From assembly GCA_027251445.1 (NCBI GenBank), contig JAPNQO010000100.1, forward strand, positions 1 to 19,615: a stretch of DNA of 19,615 bases, in the 5' to 3' direction. This document shows, one piece after another, positions 1 through 8,469 of the stretch (the first letter of the stretch is position 1; every line of letters starts with the position of its first letter). The notes beneath the pieces are model-generated. The model saw nothing but the letters and a program-made list of their open reading frames with translations. It searched no databases and was not told the origin of the DNA. Source of the DNA: Fidelibacterota bacterium. Its GTDB lineage: Bacteria > Fidelibacterota > Marinisomatia > Marinisomatales > TCS55. A program made the translations under genes and the position numbers.

Positions 1-747
1 CAATATGGGCAGGCGAAAAAAAGAGAAGTATTCTCGTACGATAGTGAAGGCAGGCTTCAAAGTCGATCCATACTTAAAAAAGATAATAAGCCAGATAAAA
101 TTATTACGTATGGGGAAACAGAGCCTTGGGGATTAGAGTTTCGAAAATATCTATATGATGAGAGAACCAAAATGTCATATGAGAACCAACGTTCAGAATT
201 TCAAATGTCTTCAATTAATCAAGTGGAAAAAATTGAATTTTATACTATTGATAATCAATTTTACGGATCTATTTCATTTAAATATGATCGTCTTGGTTTT
301 GTACATGATGAGATATGGGTAAAAGAACCAGAAAATCATATTATTCGAAGGTTTAAATATCAGTACGATATTATGTCGGAAGTAAAACAAATATGGGAGT
401 ATAATAAAAGTGGTGTTTTGATAAGCCATCAAACTCTAAAGCAGGCTCCTGCTGATGAACTGTATAAAAAACCACCTCCAAGAACTGGAAATATGCTAAG
501 TGAGGCGGGATTAATTATTGAAGAATTGCGAACTAAAAGAATGGTAGATCCAAGCCCTGCATTTATCCCTGTTACTATTTGGGATCAATTAATTACAAAT
601 AATGATAACAGAGTAGATATCGATTTTGTAAGCGTTGATAATAATCTTTTAAAATTTAAAGAGCCAAATGGTAAAGAAATTCTATCTATACCTGTTGACC
701 GGGTAGTTTCAGTTGTCTCGCGATTTGGTGAAATTATATACCCCTGA
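1..747 (+). CDS. 5'-truncated hypothetical protein with YD/RHS-like repeat motifs
   Basis: Frame 1 is open from base 1 (QYGQAKKREVFSYDSEGRLQSRS...ERTK) into the tracked ORF at 172, so the true start lies upstream of the window. Recurrent Y-D/N-x-x-G-type turns: FSYDSEGRL, FKYDRLG, YQYDIMS, WEYNKSG. Confidence 0.7.
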   Translation, partial: QYGQAKKREVFSYDSEGRLQSRSILKKDNKPDKIITYGETEPWGLEFRKYLYDERTKMSYENQRSEFQMSSINQVEKIEFYTIDNQFYGSISFKYDRLGFVHDEIWVKEPENHIIRRFKYQYDIMSEVKQIWEYNKSGVLISHQTLKQAPADELYKKPPPRTGNMLSEAGLIIEELRTKRMVDPSPAFIPVTIWDQLITNNDNRVDIDFVSVDNNLLKFKEPNGKEILSIPVDRVVSVVSRFGEIIYP

Positions 748-815
748 TATTGCTTTTGAAAAATAATGGGAGGTAAATTACAGTATTGCAGGATGTATAA
801 ATCCGACCACATACT

Positions 816-1598
816 ATGATTAAGCATCAAACTATTAAAGTTTTTTTTGTTAATGCCATAATATTATCCTCACTTATTGGGCAAGATATAACGTATCCGC
901 CACCTACCACTCTTGTTACTATCCCAACTGCAGGTACTCTTGTAAGAGGTAGTTTTGCAATGGAGATGCGTATTCAAAAGGGTGGTGGTATGTCTACTTC
1001 ATTACAAGTAGGAATTACTGATAGATTTCAGTTTGGCTCATCTTTTGGTGCATCAAATTTGATTGGAGATGATAGTTTACGTTGGTATCCAAGGCCTGAA
1101 GTTAATCTAAAATATAGATTAATTGATGAGACCACATCAATTCCTGGGATTTCTTTAGGAATTAATACTCAGGGATATGGTGGTTATAATAATGCCGATT
1201 CTTTAAAAAGATATGATACAAAAGCATACGGATTGTATGCGGCAGCTAGTAAAAATTGGCAAACACCAATTGGGAATACAGGGTTGCATATGGGAATGAG
1301 TTATAACTTTTTAGAAACGGCTGATGGGGATGAAGATCCAAATATTTTTTTTGGTATGGATTTTGAGTTCAATCCTGAATTATCAGTATTATTAGAATGG
1401 AATGCTGCTTTAAATGAAAATAATATGCAAAGTAAAAATCTGGCTATAAACAAAGGCGGCTACTTAAATGCTGCATTAAGATGGACATTTGTTGACCATT
1501 TACATATAGAGATGGATTTTAATAATTTATTGTTTGATAATGATAAAGTAGACTATTTCAATCGCGAATTAAAAATTACATATATAGAATATTTTTAA
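816..1598 (+). CDS. Putative outer-membrane beta-barrel protein
   Basis: N-terminal hydrophobic signal-like segment, alternating hydrophobic beta-strand pattern, and a C-terminal YIEYF ending in Phe (BAM beta-signal-like). Confidence 0.65.
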   Translation: MIKHQTIKVFFVNAIILSSLIGQDITYPPPTTLVTIPTAGTLVRGSFAMEMRIQKGGGMSTSLQVGITDRFQFGSSFGASNLIGDDSLRWYPRPEVNLKYRLIDETTSIPGISLGINTQGYGGYNNADSLKRYDTKAYGLYAAASKNWQTPIGNTGLHMGMSYNFLETADGDEDPNIFFGMDFEFNPELSVLLEWNAALNENNMQSKNLAINKGGYLNAALRWTFVDHLHIEMDFNNLLFDNDKVDYFNRELKITYIEYF

Positions 1599-1609
1599 TT
1601 AGCCGTTCT

Positions 1610-2377
1610 GTGTTTCTTCGACGTATAGTCTTTTTGTTCGTAATTACATGCGCGCTAAAGGGACAAGTAAACCTTGAAAAAGGAATAGAGTACTATAATA
1701 ACCGCCAGGATGGCAGTATAAAAAGCGTTGCTATCACTACTCATATTAATAATGCAATTAATATTTTTGAAGACGCAATAAATAACCCAAGCACAGAAGC
1801 TGAAGCGGCCCTATACCTTATGAAGTCTTATTATTTTCGAGGAAAATATGTTCATAGAGATATTGATAAAAAGAAAGAAGATTTTAATAATGGAAAAAAA
1901 TTAGGAGAAAAATATATAGATCGATTTCCCAACTCAAGCGCGTTCAGATTCTGGTATTTGGTGAATCTTGGAAGTTGGTCTGAAATATATGGAGTTATAG
2001 CTGCAGCGCGCGAGGGAGTAGCAGATTTAATGAGAAAACATTCCAAGGTTATTATATCTATTGATCCAGAATATGAAAATGGAGCGGGATATTTCTTATT
2101 GGGGGTTGTTCACTATAAATCTCCGTATATACCGTTTATATTATCTTGGCCTGATAATGATAAAGCAATCTCATATATATCAAAGGCAATGACAATTGGA
2201 GAGTCTATTCCTAATCAAAAAGTTTATTTAGCGCAAGCATTGTATAAAGATGGTAGAAAAGCTGAATCTATCAAATTGTTAGAAGAAGTTGCAAATATGC
2301 AACCTTCTACAAAAGAAAGAGTGAGAGACTGGGAGCAGAAAGAAGAAGCAAATCGTTTATTAATTGATTATAAATAA
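1610..2377 (+). CDS. Secreted helical-repeat (TPR-like) protein
   Basis: GTG start and a signal-peptide-like N-terminus (MFLRRIVFLFVITCALKG). TPR-like helices such as GAGYFLLGVVHY and VYLAQALYKDGRKAESIKLLEE. Confidence 0.6.
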   Translation: MFLRRIVFLFVITCALKGQVNLEKGIEYYNNRQDGSIKSVAITTHINNAINIFEDAINNPSTEAEAALYLMKSYYFRGKYVHRDIDKKKEDFNNGKKLGEKYIDRFPNSSAFRFWYLVNLGSWSEIYGVIAAAREGVADLMRKHSKVIISIDPEYENGAGYFLLGVVHYKSPYIPFILSWPDNDKAISYISKAMTIGESIPNQKVYLAQALYKDGRKAESIKLLEEVANMQPSTKERVRDWEQKEEANRLLIDYK

Positions 2378-2388
2378 ATACATTATTT

Positions 2389-2925
2389 ATGCCTGAATTA
2401 AAAGAATCAACAGTCTCATCTAAAAAAGTGTACGAAGGAAGTTTTTTAGATGTGCGAAAAGATGTTGTTAAGCTACCTGATGGAAATACATCTACCCGTG
2501 AATGGATTAATCATCCTGGCGCTGCATGTATTATCCCAATAATGACTGATGGAAAACTTGCATTAATAAAACAATATCGTTATCCAGTACAATCAATCAT
2601 GATTGAACTTCCTGCAGGGAAACTTGATAAAGAAGAATCTCCTGAAGCATGTGCAATAAGAGAGCTTGAAGAGGAAATTGGCTATTCTGCAGGAAAATTA
2701 ACTTTTGTAGCTAAAATTCATCCAGCTATAGGTTTTGCAAATGAACAAATGTGGATTTTTCTTGCTGAACAACTAATTCAGAGTCAAAAAAATACTGATC
2801 ACGATGAATTTGTTGAATTAATGCCAACATCTATTAATCAAGCTGTTGAATTGGTTTGGAATGGTGCAATTACGGATGTAAAAACAATTATTGGTATTCT
2901 TTGGGCTGAACGCCTTCTTTCTTAA
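2389..2925 (+). CDS. nudF: Nudix hydrolase, ADP-ribose pyrophosphatase (NudF-like)
   Basis: Intact Nudix box GKLDKEESPEACAIRELEEEIGY, plus ADPRase-type motifs LPDG..REWINHPGA, QYRYP, ELPAG and ITDVKT. Confidence 0.85.
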   Translation: MPELKESTVSSKKVYEGSFLDVRKDVVKLPDGNTSTREWINHPGAACIIPIMTDGKLALIKQYRYPVQSIMIELPAGKLDKEESPEACAIRELEEEIGYSAGKLTFVAKIHPAIGFANEQMWIFLAEQLIQSQKNTDHDEFVELMPTSINQAVELVWNGAITDVKTIIGILWAERLLS

Positions 2926-2952
2926 TCATTTAATTTATTTATACATTCACTC

Positions 2953-3870
2953 ATGACATATTCTTTAACACGATATATTAAGGATAAAGCAACAGAAATT
3001 GGTTTTGAAAAAATAGGTATAACGAAAGCAACAGCTACAAAAGATGAAAAAGTACGATTAGAGAAGTGGATTAAGAATAATCATCATGGCTCAATGTCAT
3101 GGATAGAAAAAAGAAAAGATGAGCGGGGAAATATTTTTAATTATTTTAAAGAAGTTAAATCTGTTATATCTATTGGTGTGAATTATTATTCTGGATATGA
3201 TCAAGATCAAATTAAATCTAATAGCAAATTCAGCAATTATGCTTGGGGTGAGGATTATCATGATATAATAAAATCAAAACTGTATACATTGCTTAATGAT
3301 ATAACTGCTAATTACCCTGATATAAAAGGAATTGCATGTGTGGACACGTCACCAATAATGGAAAAAGTCTGGGCCCAGAGAGCAGGGATAGGATGGCAGG
3401 GAAAACACACCAACTTAATCACTAGAGATTATGGTAGTTGGTTATTTTTAGGGGAATTACTACTTGATGTTGAATTGGATTATGATGATGAATTTATTGA
3501 TGATTTATGTGGCTCATGCACTGCATGCATTGACGCTTGTCCTACGTATGCTTTAGGGGAATATGAAATTTATGCGGAAAAGTGTATTTCATATTTAACA
3601 ATTGAACATCGTGGAGAGTTTGGGCAAAATACAGAATTACATGATTGGATTTACGGGTGTGATATTTGTCAGGAAGTTTGTCCTTGGAATCAAAAATTTT
3701 CACAGATAACTAATGAAAAGAAATTTTATCCTAAAGAGGAAATATTATCTTGGCAAGATGCAGATTGGGAAAATATTAGTGAAAATGCATTCCGTAAAAT
3801 ATTTAAAGGAAGTGCTGTAAAAAGAACAAAGCACAATGGGTTAGTAAGAAATATTAAAACAAACAAATGA
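2953..3870 (+). CDS. queG: tRNA epoxyqueuosine(34) reductase (cobalamin/Fe-S dependent)
   Basis: Motifs YAWGEDYH, VDTSPIMEK, GIGWQGKH and GSWLFLGE, plus two Fe-S Cys clusters CGSCTACIDACPT and GCDICQEVCPWN. Confidence 0.95.
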   Translation: MTYSLTRYIKDKATEIGFEKIGITKATATKDEKVRLEKWIKNNHHGSMSWIEKRKDERGNIFNYFKEVKSVISIGVNYYSGYDQDQIKSNSKFSNYAWGEDYHDIIKSKLYTLLNDITANYPDIKGIACVDTSPIMEKVWAQRAGIGWQGKHTNLITRDYGSWLFLGELLLDVELDYDDEFIDDLCGSCTACIDACPTYALGEYEIYAEKCISYLTIEHRGEFGQNTELHDWIYGCDICQEVCPWNQKFSQITNEKKFYPKEEILSWQDADWENISENAFRKIFKGSAVKRTKHNGLVRNIKTNK

Positions 3871-3883
3871 GTAAGGAGTTATT

Positions 3884-4537
3884 ATGCCAAAAGTTGGATT
3901 AGTGCTTTCAGGGTGCGGGGTAAATGATGGGTCTGAAATCCATGAAGCAGTTATTACAATGCTTGAGCTTGATAAAGCAGGAGCTGAAATGGTGTTGATG
4001 GCTCCTAATATTGATCAATTACATGTAATTAATCATGCCACAGGTGAAGAAATGGATGATTCAAGGAATGTATTAATTGAATCTGCGCGAATTTCACGGG
4101 GCAATATTGAAGATATTGCAGGTGTTACATCAGATAACCTTGATGCATTGATTTTCCCCGGAGGATTTGGAGTATCAAAAAATTTGTCTGATTATGCTAT
4201 GTCTGGAATGGAATGTTCTGTAAACCCTGATGTATTAAGGTTATCAAGAGAAGTTCATAATGATCAAAAACCTATTGGTGTGATTTGTATTGCACCCGCT
4301 ATAATGGCAAAGATACTTGCAGGAGATACTGAATTAACTATTGGCTTTGATGAACAAACTGCAGCCGATATTGATGCAATGGGCGCTAAGCATGTATTGT
4401 GTCCTGTTGATGAAATTGTTATTGATAAAGAAAAAAAAGTAGTTTCAACACCAGCCTATATGGAAGCAAAATCTATTAAGGAGGCTGCCTCTGGTATTGA
4501 AAAGTTAGTTGCTGAAATACTTAGTATGATTAAATAA
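3884..4537 (+). CDS. elbB: ElbB glyoxalase (DJ-1/PfpI, ES1 family)
   Basis: Motifs LSGCGVNDGSEIHEAV, ESARISRG, PGGFG, ICIAP (nucleophile Cys) and STPAYM. SD AAGGAG upstream. Confidence 0.92.
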   Translation: MPKVGLVLSGCGVNDGSEIHEAVITMLELDKAGAEMVLMAPNIDQLHVINHATGEEMDDSRNVLIESARISRGNIEDIAGVTSDNLDALIFPGGFGVSKNLSDYAMSGMECSVNPDVLRLSREVHNDQKPIGVICIAPAIMAKILAGDTELTIGFDEQTAADIDAMGAKHVLCPVDEIVIDKEKKVVSTPAYMEAKSIKEAASGIEKLVAEILSMIK

Positions 4538-4545
4538 AAGAGACC

Positions 4546-4860
4546 ATGAAAAAAATTGCTAAAATTGATGAGATACCAAGGAACGGTAGCAAACTAGTAA
4601 TGATTAATGATAAACCTATAGCATTATTTAATTTAGAAGGGAGAATAATAGCATGGGATAATCGTTGCCCTCATCGAGGAGCTTCCTTAGCTGATAGCCA
4701 TATATCCGAAGATATTATACAGTGTAAATTTCACTTATGGGAGTTTGATACACATTCAGAATGTTCAGTTGCAAATCCTGCAATTAAAATTAAATCTTAT
4801 CCTATAGAATTAAAGGATGGATATGTACTATTAGATGAAAAAATAACTAGTGATCTATAG
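4546..4860 (+). CDS. Rieske [2Fe-2S] ferredoxin
   Basis: CPHRGA and CKFHLWEFD match the Rieske CxH...CxxH ligand set. Confidence 0.9.
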   Translation: MKKIAKIDEIPRNGSKLVMINDKPIALFNLEGRIIAWDNRCPHRGASLADSHISEDIIQCKFHLWEFDTHSECSVANPAIKIKSYPIELKDGYVLLDEKITSDL

Positions 4861-5790
4861 CCCTGTCTCTGATACCGTTTTCTTTACAGCTTCTAATGTT
4901 TGATTCAGAGCTTCCTGTTCATTCTCTTTTAATTTAAACTCTAAAATCTTTTCAACTCCATTGGATCCAATTACAGTAGGAACCCCGATAAAATACCCAT
5001 CAATTCCAAATTCACCATTACATAATGTTGCACAGGGAATAACCCTTTTTTTATCGCGAAGATAAGATTCTGCCATTTCAATTGCAGACTGTGCAGGAGC
5101 ATAAAATGCAGACCCGTTGCCAAATAATTTTACAATCTCACCTCCAGCAAAACGTGTTCTCTCTTCAATTTTAGTTATTTTTTCTTCGCTAATTAAATCT
5201 CCTAAAGGTACCCCGCCAATAGTAGCTAAACGAGTAATTGGCACCATTGTATCTCCATGCCCCCCAAGAACCATGCATGTGACATCCTGCACTGAAAACC
5301 CTGTCTCCATTGCAATGAAAGTTCTAAATCTAGTGCTATCAAGAGCGCCAGCCATTCCTACCACTTTATTACTTTTAAATCCAGAAGTTTTATAAAAAGC
5401 ATATACCATAGCATCTAAGGGATTAGATATGACTATAACAAAAGAATTTGGGGCCTGTTCTTTGATATTTTCAGCAACATCTTTCATAATTCCTAAATTA
5501 ATATCCAATAAATCTTCCCTATCCATTCCAGGTTTTCTTGGGATTCCAGCAGTTATTATAAATACATCTGCATCTTTTACATCTTTCCAGTTTGAAGTGC
5601 CAGTAATATTCACATCATGTCCATCGTGAGGACGTAATTGCATTAAATCTAGAGCCTTTCCTTTAACCATACCTTCAGCTTTAGGAATATCAAAAATTAC
5701 TATATCACCTAATTCTTTTTGAGCAGCTAGAAGAGCCAAATTACCACCAATTTGGCCTCCACCAATTAATGCTATTCTTTTTTTAGACAT
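4855..5790 (-). CDS. mdh: Malate dehydrogenase (LDH-like tetrameric type)
   Basis: GGGQIG Rossmann motif, specificity loop AGIPRKPGMDREDL with the Arg typical of MDH, ISNPLD, GGHGD and GSAFYAP. Start placed at 5790 because GGAG (5800-5797) precedes it. Confidence 0.95.
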   Translation of the reverse strand: MSKKRIALIGGGQIGGNLALLAAQKELGDIVIFDIPKAEGMVKGKALDLMQLRPHDGHDVNITGTSNWKDVKDADVFIITAGIPRKPGMDREDLLDINLGIMKDVAENIKEQAPNSFVIVISNPLDAMVYAFYKTSGFKSNKVVGMAGALDSTRFRTFIAMETGFSVQDVTCMVLGGHGDTMVPITRLATIGGVPLGDLISEEKITKIEERTRFAGGEIVKLFGNGSAFYAPAQSAIEMAESYLRDKKRVIPCATLCNGEFGIDGYFIGVPTVIGSNGVEKILEFKLKENEQEALNQTLEAVKKTVSETGL

Positions 5791-5857
5791 TTGATTCTCC
5801 ATTAAATTAATTTGTTAATATTGAGAAATTACGATATGCCAAGTGTTTATTGATATG

Positions 5858-5879
5858 AAAAACCCCACTAATATGGGGC
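5858..5879 (-). terminator. Intrinsic terminator after rne-rplU-rpmA
   Basis: Minus strand reads GCCCCA-TATTAG-TGGGG-TTTTT: a GC stem followed by a U tract about 20 nt after the rpmA stop. Confidence 0.75.
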
Positions 5880-5901
5880 GTTTGTAGTAAACTATAAATT
5901 A

Positions 5902-6159
5902 CTACTTAATAGATAATACGCTTACAATTTTCCTTTTTTTACCCTTTTGAGAAAAAGATACAATACCATCTGCAGTGGCAAATAATGAATCATCTCCTGC
6001 ACGCTTAACGTTTAACCCAGGGTGGGTTTTAGTGCCTCTTTGACGAAGTATAATTCCGCCTGCTAGAATTGATTGTCCATCAGCAACCTTAACGCCTAGT
6101 CTTTTTGCATTTGAATCACGACCATTTCTACTACTACCAACTCCTTTTTTATGTGCCAT
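5902..6159 (-). CDS. rpmA: 50S ribosomal protein L27
   Basis: [24 protein letters not shown] ... RQRGTK. Overlaps the rplU stop by 1 nt (TAATG). Confidence 0.98.
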   Translation of the reverse strand: MAHKKGVGSSRNGRDSNAKRLGVKVADGQSILAGGIILRQRGTKTHPGLNVKRAGDDSLFATADGIVSFSQKGKKRKIVSVLSIK

Positions 6160-6506
6160 TACTTTTCCTCTTTTTTCTTAGGTTTAGCCGAAGATTTTGC
6201 TTCTACCTTAACAACTTCTAATAAAGTAAAATGTTGCCTGTGGCCATTTTTCCTTTGATATCCTTTTCTGCGTTTCTTTTTATAGATTAATATCTTTTTA
6301 TCTCTATTATGTTCTAAAATTTTTACTGTGATGGCAGCGCCAGCTACTTTTGGGTTTCCTATAGATACCTTTCCTTTATTTTCAGTCAGGAGAACATCAT
6401 CAATCTTTACTTTATCACCAACTTTCCAATTTTGACGGTCTATTTTAAGAACATCGCCTTTGGATACCTTATATTGTTTACCCGATATTTTAATTATTGC
6501 ATTCAT
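6159..6506 (-). CDS. rplU: 50S ribosomal protein L21
   Basis: [12 protein letters not shown] ... KKRRKGY..KNGHRQ. SD GAGG upstream and adjacent to rpmA. Confidence 0.97.
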   Translation of the reverse strand: MNAIIKISGKQYKVSKGDVLKIDRQNWKVGDKVKIDDVLLTENKGKVSIGNPKVAGAAITVKILEHNRDKKILIYKKKRRKGYQRKNGHRQHFTLLEVVKVEAKSSAKPKKKEEK

Positions 6507-6548
6507 TTTTTACCTCAAAAGTCCGCGAAGTTACATTTAACATAATTT

Positions 6549-8072
6549 CTAAACAATATCTACCTTGTTTGTAACATCTTTGCCATCTTTTACATTAAAA
6601 AACCTATATTGATCTCTTTTAATAGAAGTATTAGCCTCTATCGATATATGCACGAAATTTTTCCACATTAAGCCACGCAATACTTTCTTTTTATTTGTTA
6701 TTAAAAAATCAGCATTTTCAGGATGTAAATCTAGTCGAAGCCTGAGATTTCTGAATTTGCTTTTATATCTACGTACCCAATGATCAATTCTAGTGATAAG
6801 TGTTTCAATAGAAATTATTTTACCAGCCCCATGACATGTGGGACACTCATCGCTCATTGAATCTATAAGACTTAACCTAATTCTTTGACGGGTCATTTCA
6901 AGTAAACCAAATTCACTTATGGGTGAAACAGCTACCTTAGCTCTATCTTTTTTTAATTCTTTCCTTAATTCGTAATATATCTTTTTGCGATTTTCATCTT
7001 CGCGCATATCAATAAAATCTATCACAATTAACCCTGACAAGTCTCTTAGTCTTAATTGTCTAGCAACTTCTCTAGCCGCTTCAAGGTTTATTTTTAAAGA
7101 ATTTTCTTCATGACCTTTTTTACCAACATATCTTCCACTATTTACATCAACTACAACCATAGCTTCAGTTTTTTCTATTATTAAATATGCACCACTTTTT
7201 AACCATACTTTAGGTCTTAATAATTTGGCTATCTCATCTTCAATGCCCATTCCTTCAAAAACTGGAGTTTTAAGCTTATAGTAGTCCAATCTTGAGGCCA
7301 TATTTGGAGAGACTTCATCTAAATATGTTTGAGTTTTTCTAAATAATTTTTTGGAATCAATCACTATTTTTTCTACATCAGGACTAAATAAATCACGTAT
7401 CACACTTGATGCCGTCTCTAAATCTTCATATACTAAGGAAGGCGCTTTCGAGCTCTTTACTTTTTTTTCTACATTTTTCCATTTTTTAATAAGAGTTTTA
7501 TAATCATTATTTAATTGTTCTTCTGATTTTCCTTCGGCTACGGTTCTAATAATTAACCCAACATTCTTTTCTTTTATTTTATTTGCAACTTTTTTTAATC
7601 GTCTTCTCTCATATTTATCCCACATTTTTTTTGATATTCCCACATATTTTGAATTTGGGACTAATACTATAAGTCTTCCAGGTAGTGCAATTTCAGTTGT
7701 AACTCTTGGCCCTTTACCTGCAAAGGGTTCTTTTATCACTTGAACATATATTTCTTGTCCAGTAGTAAGATCCACTTTAATTGAACCATTATTACGATTA
7801 TTCTTTCTATCATTATCTTTTACATCATCTTCATCCAGATATTCATTGTTTTGAATTTCAGTGAATGGAAGAAATGCATTTATATCATACCCAATATCAA
7901 CAAAAGCTGCTTGCATTCCAGGTAATACATTTTCAACAACACCTCTATATACATTGCCAACCATCCGATGTTTATCTTGTTTTTCAATGTAAACCTCAAC
8001 TAATTGACCATCCTCCATTATTGCAATACGGGTCTCACCCATACTTTCATTTATATATATTTCTTTTTTCAT
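6549..8072 (-). CDS. rng: Rne/Rng family ribonuclease (RNase G-length, catalytic domain only)
   Basis: S1-region LPGMQAAFVDIG, catalytic VVDVNSG and LRDLSGLIVIDFIDM, LEMTRQR, and Zn-link CPTCHGAG. At 507 aa it lacks a long disordered C-terminal scaffold. Confidence 0.92.
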   Translation of the reverse strand: MKKEIYINESMGETRIAIMEDGQLVEVYIEKQDKHRMVGNVYRGVVENVLPGMQAAFVDIGYDINAFLPFTEIQNNEYLDEDDVKDNDRKNNRNNGSIKVDLTTGQEIYVQVIKEPFAGKGPRVTTEIALPGRLIVLVPNSKYVGISKKMWDKYERRRLKKVANKIKEKNVGLIIRTVAEGKSEEQLNNDYKTLIKKWKNVEKKVKSSKAPSLVYEDLETASSVIRDLFSPDVEKIVIDSKKLFRKTQTYLDEVSPNMASRLDYYKLKTPVFEGMGIEDEIAKLLRPKVWLKSGAYLIIEKTEAMVVVDVNSGRYVGKKGHEENSLKINLEAAREVARQLRLRDLSGLIVIDFIDMREDENRKKIYYELRKELKKDRAKVAVSPISEFGLLEMTRQRIRLSLIDSMSDECPTCHGAGKIISIETLITRIDHWVRRYKSKFRNLRLRLDLHPENADFLITNKKKVLRGLMWKNFVHISIEANTSIKRDQYRFFNVKDGKDVTNKVDIV

Positions 8073-8185
8073 ATTCTACCTCAATAGATTTATTTATTCC
8101 ATTATTTCCGCATAGCGTCATTTGCCTAACTTTTACAGCTAGGTTATCTTTTTTTCTCTATTATGATAGTATTTTAGAAGGAAGG

Positions 8186-8203
8186 AACGTGCAATTGCAC
8201 GTT
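8186..8203. repeat. Perfect 18-bp palindrome AACGTGCAATTGCACGTT
   Basis: The sequence equals its own reverse complement. It lies in the divergent rne/metH intergenic region, about 115 nt upstream of the rne start. Confidence 0.9.
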
Positions 8204-8382
8204 AAAAAACTTTGTAAAATTATTTGTAAATGATTTGATAAATTTTTTTATATTTATTTAAATCCTCTAAAATATATCATCTAAGATACAAAGTACCCTA
8301 TAATCTAAAACCTAGCAAGAAATTTTATAATTTGTTTGAAATATGATTAAATAATTATAATATATGACTTATATAATAATCG

Positions 8383-8434
8383 TGTCGTGTTTTGTGCCGT
8401 ATTGCCGCGACAAAAAATAAAGTTGCTAAAAAGG
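8383..8434 (+). ncRNA. SAM-II (SAM-alpha type) riboswitch aptamer
   Basis: P1 is TGTCGT (8383-8388) / GCGACA (8407-8412). The loop is GTTTT-GTG-CCGTATTGC and the 3' tail is GCTAAAAAGG (8425-8434). CCGTATTGC and GCTAAAAAGG match the core of the metX SAM-II riboswitch as I recall it. It lies directly upstream of metH. Confidence 0.85.
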
Positions 8435-8439
8435 TTTGT

Positions 8440-8465
8440 AACCCCGAATAGCAACGGGGTTTTTT
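8440..8465 (+). terminator. Riboswitch-controlled intrinsic terminator (attenuator) before metH
   Basis: AACCCCG (8440-8446), loop AATAGCAA, CGGGGTT (8455-8461), then a T run to 8465. An alternative pairing GTTGCTA (8422-8428) / TAGCAAC (8449-8455) forms an antiterminator. Confidence 0.85.
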
Positions 8466-8469
8466 ATTT

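Noticed and set aside
1..747. RHS polymorphic toxin
   Set aside because: Only loose YD-like motifs are present, with no RHS core terminus, recognisable toxin domain or small immunity gene downstream.
5791..5802. Longer mdh start at 5802 (MENQ extension)
   Set aside because: These bases contain the GGAG SD for the ATG at 5790, so the shorter start fits better.
5902..6506. Missing prp/ysxB gene between rplU and rpmA
   Set aside because: This is ordinary: L27 starts directly at MAHKK with no cleavable N-terminal extension, so no maturation protease is needed.
7865..8233. 122-aa + strand ORF
   Set aside because: It is antisense to the 5' part of rne, has no recognisable motifs and has atypical composition.
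8350..8380. Sigma70 promoter for the metH leader (TATAAT at 8356-8361 and 8372-8377)
   Set aside because: The position is plausible, but there is no convincing -35 element and the region is extremely AT-rich, so it cannot be called specifically.
8364..8420. 18-aa mini-ORF MTYIIIVSCFVPYCRDKK before the metH terminator, as a possible Cys/Met attenuator leader peptide
   Set aside because: It has no SD and no run of Met or Cys codons. The same bases are fully explained by the SAM-II aptamer consensus.
8073..8469. Cobalamin or SAM-I riboswitch, tRNA or CRISPR array in the only long intergenic region
   Set aside because: There is no B12 box, SAM-I core, cloverleaf or spaced repeat array. Only the SAM-II-type motif fits.
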